A stretch of DNA of 64,000 nucleotides, from contig JBFGZE010000001.1 of NCBI GenBank assembly GCA_041586955.1, forward strand, positions 32,001 through 96,000, read 5' to 3'. The position numbers were made by a program, and so were the translations under genes. This DNA is from Bacteriovoracaceae bacterium. GTDB lineage: Bacteria; Bdellovibrionota; Bacteriovoracia; Bacteriovoracales; Bacteriovoracaceae. This document shows, piece after piece, positions 49,700 to 58,870 of this stretch; the first letter of the stretch is position 1, and the number at the start of each line of letters is the position of its first letter. Below the pieces are notes generated by a model. The model saw only the letters and a list, made by a program, of their open reading frames with translations, ran no database searches and was not told where the DNA came from.

Positions 49700-49750
49700 A
49701 GTCCTTTAATGAAGCTACAATGATACCAAATCCAATAACGGGAGTAAAAA

Positions 49751-50563
49751 ATGAATTACCCAGGCCTTGAACAATTAATCGATGTGGTCGCCAAACTGCG
49801 AGACCCAGAAAATGGATGTCCCTGGGACCTAAAACAAACCCATTCCAGTCTTTTGCGCTACATCATTGAAGAAACTTACGAATTTGTCGATGCTGTCGAA
49901 AAAAATGATACCGCCCATATGGAAGAAGAAATTGGCGATGTCCTCCTCCAAGTCATTCTCCACTCACAATTGGCAAGTGAAAAAGACCATTTTACGGTGG
50001 ACTCAGTCGCTCAAAAATTGGCCACCAAACTTATCCGCCGCCATCCTCACGTTTTTGAGGATAATAATGAGACCTTAAGTGCAGAAGACGTGCGTGAAAA
50101 TTGGGAAAAAATCAAGGAAGAGGAGAAAAATGAGGGCCCCCAAAGCGAAACCTTAATCGAAGATAGCATTCTACGCTGCCCTTCACTCCATAGTGCTTTT
50201 AAAATTGGTGAGAAGACACAAAAAATTCGCTTTGATTGGGATGACCATTCACAAGTCATGTATAAAGTCGAAGAAGAGTGGCAGGAATTAAAAGAAGAGC
50301 TGGCGCCTCAGGCGCGGAGAAACTCCGCTAAAATTCAAGAAGAGATGGGTGATTTTCTTTTTTCCATTGCTCAATTGGCACGGCACCTTGATATGGACCC
50401 CGAGGAGACTCTACGCCTCGCCAATAAAAAATTTCTACGCCGCTTCCGCTCCATGGAAGAACTTATCAAAAGTGAGCAAAAAGATATTAAAGAAATGAAT
50501 CAAAAACAAATGGATGAATATTGGAACATGGCCAAACGGAGAGAGAATGCCTCTCAAAAATAA
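49751..50563 (+). CDS. mazG: Nucleoside triphosphate pyrophosphohydrolase MazG
   Basis: GCPWD..QT, EEIGDVLLQV, RRHPHVF, second EEMGD domain. Confidence 0.95.
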   Translation: MNYPGLEQLIDVVAKLRDPENGCPWDLKQTHSSLLRYIIEETYEFVDAVEKNDTAHMEEEIGDVLLQVILHSQLASEKDHFTVDSVAQKLATKLIRRHPHVFEDNNETLSAEDVRENWEKIKEEEKNEGPQSETLIEDSILRCPSLHSAFKIGEKTQKIRFDWDDHSQVMYKVEEEWQELKEELAPQARRNSAKIQEEMGDFLFSIAQLARHLDMDPEETLRLANKKFLRRFRSMEELIKSEQKDIKEMNQKQMDEYWNMAKRRENASQK

Positions 50564-51185
50564 ATATATTCGTCTCTCCACGAAAAATCGGCTTCATCAT
50601 ATAAATATTCCGATCATTGGCCTAACTGGTGGCATAGCCACGGGAAAGTCGACAGTCGCCAAAATCCTTTTAGAAAAGGGTTATGCTGTGATTGATGCCG
50701 ACCAATTAGTGAAGAAAATCTATCACACCGAAGAGGCCAAAGAATTTGTCAACTCACTAAACCCTAACTTCTTACAAGATGGAAAAATCCAATTTACGCT
50801 CTTAAGAGAGCAGGCATTTACCCGCCCCGAACTCCTCTCTTCTCTTGAAGCCTTTCTTTATCAAAGAATGCCAGAGTTTTTTAACCAGGCCCTGGCCACT
50901 TTTAATCCCTGCGATTTTTGTATTTATGATGTTCCCTTACTCTTTGAAAAAAACTTAGATCCTCTCGTTGATATTAGCATTTGTGTTTACGCTCCACTTG
51001 AACTGCAAATAGAGCGTTTAATAGCAAGGGATGGTATTGATAAGGGCCTGGCAGAAAAAATTATCGGGCAGCAAATGAGCATAGAAGAAAAAAAGAAAAA
51101 GGCCAATTTTATTCTAGAAAATGTTGGGGATAAGAATGAATTAAACAATCATGTCGATCATTGCCTGCGAGAATTATTGGTCTAA
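50547..51185 (+). CDS. coaE: Dephospho-CoA kinase
   Basis: IGLTGGIATGKST, IDAD, DVPLLFE, RDG, QM. Confidence 0.93.
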   Translation: MPLKNKYIRLSTKNRLHHINIPIIGLTGGIATGKSTVAKILLEKGYAVIDADQLVKKIYHTEEAKEFVNSLNPNFLQDGKIQFTLLREQAFTRPELLSSLEAFLYQRMPEFFNQALATFNPCDFCIYDVPLLFEKNLDPLVDISICVYAPLELQIERLIARDGIDKGLAEKIIGQQMSIEEKKKKANFILENVGDKNELNNHVDHCLRELLV

Positions 51186-51220
51186 TTCCAAAAAAGAATC
51201 AAAATCAATATTATCCTCCT

Positions 51221-52417
51221 TTAAGTGAAGAGCTCTCCAATGTATATACCTGTAAATCCTAAGATTTGAGAGACAAAAAAAGCGGCAATAAGGGTTATCG
51301 TCACTCCCGGTGATTGATGCACCCGAGCAAGTCTCTCCCTCTCAAACACTTCAACTTGATTGGGGATAGCGGTTTTATAGAGACCAATCTTTGCCAGGGA
51401 CTCACGTAAATTTTCATAAGTCCGATATTCAAAATCATATTGTGCACTTAAATTTTTCAAAGCATGAGCATCAGGTAAGCTTTGGTAACTCTTTCCTTTA
51501 ATTCGTTTGAGGTATTTCAATTTCGTTCTAAGGGTAATACCCAGATCTTTATAAATATTTTCATAACGCCTCATTTGGTTAAGAGGCCCAAATTTTTGCA
51601 ATTTAAGATTATCATTATTCTGGCCCTTCATTTGCTGGCGCAAATTCTCGATTTGTGTAAGGTTTTCTGAGCGAGATAATCTAAGGCGGGCCACTTCTTT
51701 TTCCAACTCATCAATGAGATCTGATTGATACCGAGAGTATTCAGGTGTTAATTGACTATCACCATTTTTAATTTTTTCAACTTGTTCCGCTTGCATACCG
51801 GCCAGGCGATTTCTTAGATTTTCGACCTCAAACGTGAAGAACTCTTCGGCCTTATTGAAATCGATCAATTCCCTTTCAATCAAATCTTGACGCGCAAATC
51901 TGAGCGCCTCATTGACAAGATAGAGTGACCATTCCCGATTACGGCTTTTTGCCAAAATCGTTAATTGGCCACCATGGCCTGGGATATAACGAATGGCCTG
52001 CTGTAAATGAGCAGGTAGAAATGCCTCTCTGCTGCCAGTAAAATGACGTTGAAGATAAAGACCGATTTCTCTATTGGCCTGGTTTTTATTTTTTAAAATA
52101 AAGGTGGAAAGTTTTTGAGCAAAAGCGTAGGTTTGTAAATAATTGGCGGCCAAATTAACGCGATCATAGCCTTTGGGTAGATCGCGGTAGGGGGCCTGAC
52201 CGGCCATCGTGCGGACGAATGATTGAATTTGGCTATTACGGAAATCTTTTAATAATAAAATCCCACGAGCGGGAAATTGAGGGAAAAGTTTGAGCTTGAT
52301 AAGGGCCAAAATAATAAAAGTTAAGGCCAACACGAGAAGAATTTTGCGTTTTTGCCAATAAACGTCCAATGCCTGGCGCATGGAAAAGTCTGTTAAATGA
52401 GAAGAATTATCATTCAC
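51221..52417 (-). CDS. Wzz/Wzc-N-like polysaccharide co-polymerase
   Basis: TM - periplasmic coiled coil - SP-TM architecture; no kinase domain. Confidence 0.65.
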   Translation of the reverse strand: MNDNSSHLTDFSMRQALDVYWQKRKILLVLALTFIILALIKLKLFPQFPARGILLLKDFRNSQIQSFVRTMAGQAPYRDLPKGYDRVNLAANYLQTYAFAQKLSTFILKNKNQANREIGLYLQRHFTGSREAFLPAHLQQAIRYIPGHGGQLTILAKSRNREWSLYLVNEALRFARQDLIERELIDFNKAEEFFTFEVENLRNRLAGMQAEQVEKIKNGDSQLTPEYSRYQSDLIDELEKEVARLRLSRSENLTQIENLRQQMKGQNNDNLKLQKFGPLNQMRRYENIYKDLGITLRTKLKYLKRIKGKSYQSLPDAHALKNLSAQYDFEYRTYENLRESLAKIGLYKTAIPNQVEVFERERLARVHQSPGVTITLIAAFFVSQILGFTGIYIGELFT

Positions 52418-52521
52418 GGCTTTCTCTTTTGTTGGAATTGTCCTAATCTTCTATTTTCTGTTTTGAGTCCTTGATAAAAATTGTCATGCCTGAAGTCTAT
52501 TTTTGCTGGAGGGAGCTTATC

Positions 52522-53028
52522 ATGAATTTAGTCAAATACTTGAACTCTTTTCTTATTATTTTTCTATTATTATGCAATCCGCTAGGTCAAATTCATGCCC
52601 AAGGTCGACAAGATTCTGATTTCGAGCTTTTAAGGCCCAGTGAATATAAGTTTCAAAACTTTAAAGATCAGGAGCTTATTGCAGTGCGCCTGTTAGGGGC
52701 AGTTACAAAGGCCGGCCTTTACCATATCCCCAAAAACTTAACCCTCGCAACCCTTCTCTCTCTCGCTGGCGGGCCAACTCCCAATGCAAATTTGCAAGAG
52801 GTTATCATTACCAATGATCAAGAAACTTATAAACGCCATAACACCTATAACTTTGTTGACTCCTTAGAAACTGGTGACCCTTCTCCCTACACTCTGAAAC
52901 CCCATGATATTATATTACTTAAAAAGAAAAGGCCTTTTATTAGCTCGGATACGTGGCGCTTTGTCACCATCGGCTCTGTACTTTTGACCTCAGTACTCAC
53001 CGCCTTGGCCATCGATGATCGCATATGA
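52522..53028 (+). CDS. SLBB-domain (Wza/OPX-like) exported protein
   Basis: VRLLGAV..AGLY, TL..LLSLAGGPT..A, LKPHDII; C-terminal hydrophobic helix. Confidence 0.75.
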   Translation: MNLVKYLNSFLIIFLLLCNPLGQIHAQGRQDSDFELLRPSEYKFQNFKDQELIAVRLLGAVTKAGLYHIPKNLTLATLLSLAGGPTPNANLQEVIITNDQETYKRHNTYNFVDSLETGDPSPYTLKPHDIILLKKKRPFISSDTWRFVTIGSVLLTSVLTALAIDDRI

Positions 53029-54368
53029 TGGTCACCGATCCCCCTAAAAAACCCATTCATCAGCGTTTTGATATCATTTTAAATTTAGAAAAATGGGCCC
53101 TCTGGGTCTGTCTTTTTCTGGTTTATTTAATTCCTTTTTCTAAGATTTCTTTTAAAGTCTTGAAAATCATTCCGAGCGACCTGTCTCCTTTTATTTTTCA
53201 ATACGGGATTCATCCCTATATTAATTTTGCCGCCCAAGGGTTGGCCTTTCCCCTACTTTTTCATGTTTGGTTGCACTCCCGCAATACAGGTCATTTCAGT
53301 CCCTATTATCGCTCCTTTATTTTTTTTCTCATGGCGCTCCTTTCTCTACAAACCTTTTTACAAATCACTCTGGTTCATATCGATCAACCCTTTATGATGC
53401 AGATGGCAGGATTAGGAATGGGCCTACTGCTCATCATCATTTACGGTCTTTTCATTCCAGGAATCTTGGGCCCAAAATTATTTTGGCGCCACCTCACCAT
53501 TAGTTGTGGCACCTTGGTGATTCTTTCCATCGTTTTATTTCCGATTTTTGGTTCTAATATGTATCGTGGCGGGAGGTTTATAGGGCTATTTAAGCATATT
53601 CCGCATATGGTCTCAGCATCGACATTTGCTTTTATTGGTCTTTTTCCCCAAATATTTGATGACCAGTCCATTAAGTGGAAAAAGAAAATTGTCCTCATTA
53701 TTTTATGGACACTCATTGGTCTTGTTGTTTTTATGACGGCCACAAAGGCAGCTATTATTACGATCTGTATCGCCACCTGTATTGGTGTGTGGAAATTAGA
53801 AAGCAGGATTAAGGCGATTAAACTATTTCGCTTCGCCTTTAGTTTTCTCCTGATACTTGGTCTTTTTACCCTTGGTCCTATGGCGGGGAAGGTGATGGTT
53901 GAAGTGGCCACAGGTCAACGACAATTGGGAGACCGACCGGCCCAAGATGGAGTCTCTGAGCGAATTAAGGAAATTACTCGCGGATGGAGTTATTTTAAAG
54001 AAAATCCATGGATTGGAAAAGGCCTCATGTTTAAATTTATGAACACTGATGGGGTGGAATTATCGCATTACAATTCTTATAAGGATCCACATAACTTTTT
54101 TGTATCTGCCGCCGTTATCGGAGGCCGGCCACTCCTCTGTTTTTCATTGATCGCCTATCTTATGATGATTCTTGTCACTATAAAATCCTTAATCAAAAAA
54201 GAACCTCATCAATTGACGAGTACTATCTTTTTAGTCGCCCATTTACCTGTGTTTCTTATTTATCATCAACATTTTTCATTAGGAGGGATTGGTGATCGAG
54301 TCTATTGGAGCATTTTCGGTCTCCTTGCTCTTAGTCAGGGGCCATTATTTAAGCAGGAGACTTTCTAA
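53025..54368 (+). CDS. O-antigen ligase/Wzy polymerase family membrane protein
   Basis: About 12 TM; RFIGLF, TATK, R...W...ENPWIGKG, PHN.F. Confidence 0.8.
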   Translation: MMVTDPPKKPIHQRFDIILNLEKWALWVCLFLVYLIPFSKISFKVLKIIPSDLSPFIFQYGIHPYINFAAQGLAFPLLFHVWLHSRNTGHFSPYYRSFIFFLMALLSLQTFLQITLVHIDQPFMMQMAGLGMGLLLIIIYGLFIPGILGPKLFWRHLTISCGTLVILSIVLFPIFGSNMYRGGRFIGLFKHIPHMVSASTFAFIGLFPQIFDDQSIKWKKKIVLIILWTLIGLVVFMTATKAAIITICIATCIGVWKLESRIKAIKLFRFAFSFLLILGLFTLGPMAGKVMVEVATGQRQLGDRPAQDGVSERIKEITRGWSYFKENPWIGKGLMFKFMNTDGVELSHYNSYKDPHNFFVSAAVIGGRPLLCFSLIAYLMMILVTIKSLIKKEPHQLTSTIFLVAHLPVFLIYHQHFSLGGIGDRVYWSIFGLLALSQGPLFKQETF

Positions 54369-54412
54369 AAATAGGGATTTATGTTAAAAGCCATGGCAAA
54401 AGGGAGAATGTC

Positions 54413-54505
54413 ATGATCAAGTCCTCAAAAATAAAACGCATTGACCTTGTTATCCTGACCTTAATTGCCATTATTATCTTCTTAGCACCAACCATTCAAC
54501 GCTAG
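54413..54505 (+). CDS. Possible small membrane peptide, 30 aa (MIKSSKIKRIDLVILTLIAIIIFLAPTIQR)
   Basis: GGGAG SD; basic N-terminus plus hydrophobic stretch; ends 2 nt from the convergent gene. Confidence 0.45.
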   Translation: MIKSSKIKRIDLVILTLIAIIIFLAPTIQR

Positions 54506-54507
54506 CC

Positions 54508-56937
54508 CTAAGATAATAAGGCCGTTCCCTCATTAATCTGAGTTTCATTGGTCGTAGGAATAGGTAATACTTCATTATCGAAATCATCTATAAAATCAGA
54601 AGATGGATGTGACCTCTGTGTAAAATCTTTAAAGCGGATTTGGCCATCTTCAAGCGATTTCCCTATTCCTGTATTGAGCTGCTTAAAATCTGTGACCATG
54701 GTCTTTAGGCCATAAATAATTTCATTCTCATTTTGCTCTCCATGATTATTCAATTCCTTGACCTGCCCCTGGCAATACTCAAAAAATTCTTTATGATGAA
54801 GCAATCCTTTTTTAACATTATCAAAATCAGGGCGATCAACAGCATCCAAGATAAGCTGAACCTTAGACAAACCGACATCGAGATTGCGAGATAATTTACC
54901 TAATTGATGTAATTCATTCTCTAGATTTTTGATTTCAGTTTTAATCTTACCCAGGCCTCGTTCGGCCCTTTCATTTATATTTTCCCGCTTAAGAAAAATA
55001 ATACTTTGTTCTAATGCCTGTGCTATTTTGATTCGTGTATCTTCGATTTGGCCTTTAAATGTTTTAAAGTTTTCTCGTATCGCTGTGACGTTCTGAAAAG
55101 CTTTTGCTCCATCATGAATGGTATCAGCGTTCTTTTCACACGAAATGAGAATAGATTCCTCAGTATGGATAATTTGTGATAAATGATCTAAACATTCATT
55201 CATCATATCCTCTAGTCCATATCGAACTTCGAATCCCTTAATAAGTGAATTTCGAGTTGCCGCGAAATGATTTTCAATTGTTTTTGCCAATTGGACCTGA
55301 TCCGACATCGCGCGACACCCATCGTCGTTATTTTTTATTTCATCCATCAAAATGCCCTCTAGTGAATCAACATCATTCATTAATTGCATTTTTTGTTTTT
55401 CAACATATGAATAGAAATCTTTAAATTGTTCTAAAACCTCGGTAATGCCTGCAATATCAAAATCTTTTTCAATCTTGCTTAAAAATTCTGCATCGACCTG
55501 ATTAGCAGAGAGTGCTTTTAATGTTCTGGAGATTGGCCCAATAATCGATCTCGTTTGATTAGAAATGGTCTCTTCCAATGAGCGCAAGGGATAAAAGAAA
55601 ACCATAATTCGCGATTGTTCAGCATACTCGACAGGTGAAACATACATTTCAAATGGAAATGCATCCTCCCCTTCATAACGGACCTGAATTTGGTAAATAC
55701 CAGCAATTCCCTCTTTTAATGCCATCATGACAGGGTCATCTTCACCGAGATTGGTAAATTGCTGAAGGTAATCCCAGCTAATACTGTGATCCCCTTCTCG
55801 ACCTTTTAATTTCCAATGCTCATAAAATAAAGGGTTTGCCCAAACTAAATTAAGATTGGAGTCTAATAAGAGACTTGAAAATGGCACGGCCTCTTGAAAA
55901 ATACTCCCAAAACTCATTCTCTTGTGAACATATTGTCTTAATTTATCAAATTCATTATTAAAACTTTCTGAAAATGGCATTTCTTTATTCGACTTAACGG
56001 GAATCAGATCTTGTTTAATTAAGTCCGTGGCCATTTTTTCGAAACGCTGCCTATTACCTTTAGAATTGCGTATATATAAATATCTTAGTGCAAAAAGGAA
56101 AAGCAAATTAACAAGTAGGCCAATACAAAGCGACCAGAATATTTTCAATGAGCGGTTTTGAATATTTAATTTTTCTAAAACGATGGCAGGACTAACTTCT
56201 TTTAGCCATAAAGAAAAACTTTCTTTCCATGTCATATAATTATTGCCAATACCCCTTGCGCTGGATAGATACTCCCGGATCATCGCAACTTCTGTTTGAA
56301 AGGCCTTAATTTTTTTTATAATTTCATTTTTATCATTATCATTCAGGATAGATGAGATGGTAACTTGCTCCATTACCTTAATATCTTTTTCAATAGAATT
56401 AAAATTATTACGCAGGCGCGATAGTTTAAAAGTATTAAATCCCGAAATACGAGCAGGAGTCATTTTTGCTTTTATTCGACGAGACATTCTCGTTAGTGTT
56501 TTCCAATTATTTTTATATACAAAACTATAGAAGGCATTAATTTTATTATTGAGGACAATAAACATCGATCTTATTTCTGGCATTGAAATTAGATCTGATA
56601 AACTTTTTCTAAGTTCCAAAGAGTGCTTTTCATAATCATCATATGAATCCACTTTAAGAGAATGATGAATTTTATCCACATCTCTTTTGACCATATCGAG
56701 ATTTTTTACAGTATCGCGAATTCGTCCTTTAGATATGAGGTGCCGGATATTTTCAATCCGTTCACCATCTTTTAATTTCTCAAGTTCGTAGTTGGCCTCA
56801 AAAATAGATACCATACCGTTCCCATCAGTCATCCCATTCGAATAAAACTCATACCCTAGGTAACCAAGAAAAGCTGTAAGCAATAAGTTTGTTGCGAAAG
56901 CAAAAATGTATAGTGGTTTTCCCCAATTAAATGTCAT
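54508..56937 (-). CDS. Two-TM protein with PAS-like region and long coiled coil (degenerate chemoreceptor-like)
   Basis: TM-periplasmic-TM, SLLLDSNLNLVWANPLF, long heptad C-terminus; SD GAGGAG before ATG 56937. Confidence 0.6.
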   Translation of the reverse strand: MTFNWGKPLYIFAFATNLLLTAFLGYLGYEFYSNGMTDGNGMVSIFEANYELEKLKDGERIENIRHLISKGRIRDTVKNLDMVKRDVDKIHHSLKVDSYDDYEKHSLELRKSLSDLISMPEIRSMFIVLNNKINAFYSFVYKNNWKTLTRMSRRIKAKMTPARISGFNTFKLSRLRNNFNSIEKDIKVMEQVTISSILNDNDKNEIIKKIKAFQTEVAMIREYLSSARGIGNNYMTWKESFSLWLKEVSPAIVLEKLNIQNRSLKIFWSLCIGLLVNLLFLFALRYLYIRNSKGNRQRFEKMATDLIKQDLIPVKSNKEMPFSESFNNEFDKLRQYVHKRMSFGSIFQEAVPFSSLLLDSNLNLVWANPLFYEHWKLKGREGDHSISWDYLQQFTNLGEDDPVMMALKEGIAGIYQIQVRYEGEDAFPFEMYVSPVEYAEQSRIMVFFYPLRSLEETISNQTRSIIGPISRTLKALSANQVDAEFLSKIEKDFDIAGITEVLEQFKDFYSYVEKQKMQLMNDVDSLEGILMDEIKNNDDGCRAMSDQVQLAKTIENHFAATRNSLIKGFEVRYGLEDMMNECLDHLSQIIHTEESILISCEKNADTIHDGAKAFQNVTAIRENFKTFKGQIEDTRIKIAQALEQSIIFLKRENINERAERGLGKIKTEIKNLENELHQLGKLSRNLDVGLSKVQLILDAVDRPDFDNVKKGLLHHKEFFEYCQGQVKELNNHGEQNENEIIYGLKTMVTDFKQLNTGIGKSLEDGQIRFKDFTQRSHPSSDFIDDFDNEVLPIPTTNETQINEGTALLS

Positions 56938-57081
56938 TGGAAATCTCCTCATCAATGGAAAATGAAATAGAATTTAAAGTAATAATAGCGAACCTCGTGT
57001 TCAATCCAGACTTAGTCTCATCCTTGAGACCCGTAGATATTGCCTACCATTATTATGAATCAATACCGAAAATTTTGAAAG

Positions 57082-57104
57082 AAAAAAGGGGACAAAAGTC
57101 CCCT
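57082..57104 (-). terminator. Terminator after fliA
   Basis: AGGGGAC/GTCCCCT stem with a T run on the minus strand. Confidence 0.8.
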
Positions 57105-57132
57105 ACAAAATGATACTTATTTAGATTTTAAA

Positions 57133-57918
57133 CTATGATGCCATGTCTTCAGGAATATCAAATACACCTTTAAGCTTCGTTCTTAATTTAAAAATTGCTT
57201 GAGTATGTAATTGAGAAACACGAGATTCTGTCACATCTAAAACCTGACCAATTTCTTTTAAGTTCAAATCCTCATAGTAGTAAAGAGAGAGAACGAGTCT
57301 TTGCTTTTCAGGCAGGGCCATAATTCCTTCTTTTATTTTATCGCGAATATTTTTATGAGAAACGGCCGCTGCCGGGTTAGAAAGACGGTCCTCTTCCATT
57401 AAACCGGCCATCAACTTTTTATCCCCGCGATTAAAAGATGCTGAATCATCGATATTGAGTAAAGACACAGATTTGGCCTTATTAAGCATATCGTGAAATT
57501 CTGCTTGGGTAACACTCAGTTCAACGCACATCTCTTCTTCAGTCGCAGGACGACCTAAGCTAGACTCAAGCTTGGCATAAGCTCTCTCAATCGCCTTTGC
57601 CTTTTCTCTTACTGAGCGCGGAACCCAATCTTGGGCCCTTAATTCATCAAGAATAGAGCCTCGAATTCTAAATTCTGCGTATGTTTTAAATTTATTATCT
57701 CGAGTGGGGTCAAATTTCTCAATCGCGTCCATAAGACCAATAACACCACATGAGATAAGATCATCAATTTCAATGTTGGCGGGTAGACGTGAGGCTATTT
57801 TTTGAGCGATATAGCGAATAAGGGGCGCGTATTCGATGATAATCTCGTCTTTTACTTTTGGGTCTACTGTCGAACGATAATCTTTTAAATTCTTTAACTT
57901 TTTTGAGAGAGAAGACAT
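57133..57918 (-). CDS. fliA: RNA polymerase sigma-28 factor
   Basis: DDLIS.G.IGL.DAIEKFD, RIRGSILDELR..DWVPRS, ESRVSQLH. Confidence 0.97.
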   Translation of the reverse strand: MSSLSKKLKNLKDYRSTVDPKVKDEIIIEYAPLIRYIAQKIASRLPANIEIDDLISCGVIGLMDAIEKFDPTRDNKFKTYAEFRIRGSILDELRAQDWVPRSVREKAKAIERAYAKLESSLGRPATEEEMCVELSVTQAEFHDMLNKAKSVSLLNIDDSASFNRGDKKLMAGLMEEDRLSNPAAAVSHKNIRDKIKEGIMALPEKQRLVLSLYYYEDLNLKEIGQVLDVTESRVSQLHTQAIFKLRTKLKGVFDIPEDMAS

Positions 57919-57933
57919 CAAGCACTCCTTAGC

Positions 57934-58836
57934 TTAGAGAACCTCAGATTCCTTTGAGGTTTTTAATTGAGATTGCCGCCAATTCCATATTGAGGATTGA
58001 GGCATAGTACTGATATCTTCTTCGACAAATTTTTTGACAATTTGAGAAAATTCTACAGAAATTGGATGGGAGGAATTATTTTCCAATACCCTATCAAATT
58101 CATCAACATTATTCTTATCGTGAATGACACTCCCTAAAAAAGATAGACGGGCACTTAAAAAGCGATCGACCGTATCGCTTATAGAGTTCACAATCCTCTC
58201 TTTTTGCTTATCGTGTGAAATTTTATTAAGAAGAATATGAAAATTATTAGTGCCAAAATTTTTGGATAATATTTTCATTAAGCTATAGCTATCGGTAATT
58301 GATGATTTCTCTGGTGTAACAATGACAAATCGCAGGTCAGCATAAGCACAAAGTCCTAAGGTTTTTTTCTGAACCCCTGCTGGACAATCAAGAATAATAT
58401 AATCATATTTTCTTTCATTTTTGATAATGACATCAATTATGAGTTGATCCAATTTTAGATCATTATTAAACATATCGAGACTACCATTGCAGCTCGTCAG
58501 AAGGTGAAAATTCCCTTCCTTATATACGCAATCTTCAAACTTCTTATTTTGAGTGGCAAAATTATAAAAATCGTTATTAAGAGGTAGACCTAGCTTGACA
58601 GCGGTATTCGACAGGTTAAAGTCACAATCAACTAATAGCGTTTTAAAACCATTATTGGCCAAGTTTTTTGCTAATAAAATTGACGATGTCGTTTTTCCAA
58701 CACCACCCTTACCACTTGAAACACTAATCGTCGTCGCTTTACGACTTCCTATATTGGTTTGATAATGGACAGACTCAAGAGAATTTTCGTACTTATTTTG
58801 TGATAAGAGCCATTCTGTGCTCGACAACTTCGACAT
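57934..58836 (-). CDS. flhG: MinD-like flagellar number regulator FlhG
   Basis: SGKGGVGKTT, D.D..L.N, DCPAG, TPE.SSITDSY; between flhF and fliA. Confidence 0.9.
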   Translation of the reverse strand: MSKLSSTEWLLSQNKYENSLESVHYQTNIGSRKATTISVSSGKGGVGKTTSSILLAKNLANNGFKTLLVDCDFNLSNTAVKLGLPLNNDFYNFATQNKKFEDCVYKEGNFHLLTSCNGSLDMFNNDLKLDQLIIDVIIKNERKYDYIILDCPAGVQKKTLGLCAYADLRFVIVTPEKSSITDSYSLMKILSKNFGTNNFHILLNKISHDKQKERIVNSISDTVDRFLSARLSFLGSVIHDKNNVDEFDRVLENNSSHPISVEFSQIVKKFVEEDISTMPQSSIWNWRQSQLKTSKESEVL

Positions 58837-58870
58837 CCTGTCTCGTTCCTTTTTGCAGAGATAAATTTAA

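Noticed and set aside
57005..57050. c-di-GMP-I riboswitch resemblance (GGCAA...CTACGGGTCT...GACTAAG on the minus strand)
   Set aside because: Lacks the GNRA-capped stem and GACGCAAA junction; better explained as a simple GGA-loop hairpin. An Infernal scan would settle it.
56931..57113. 60-aa plus-strand ORF
   Set aside because: Spans the leader and terminator of minus-strand genes; no SD or recognisable product.
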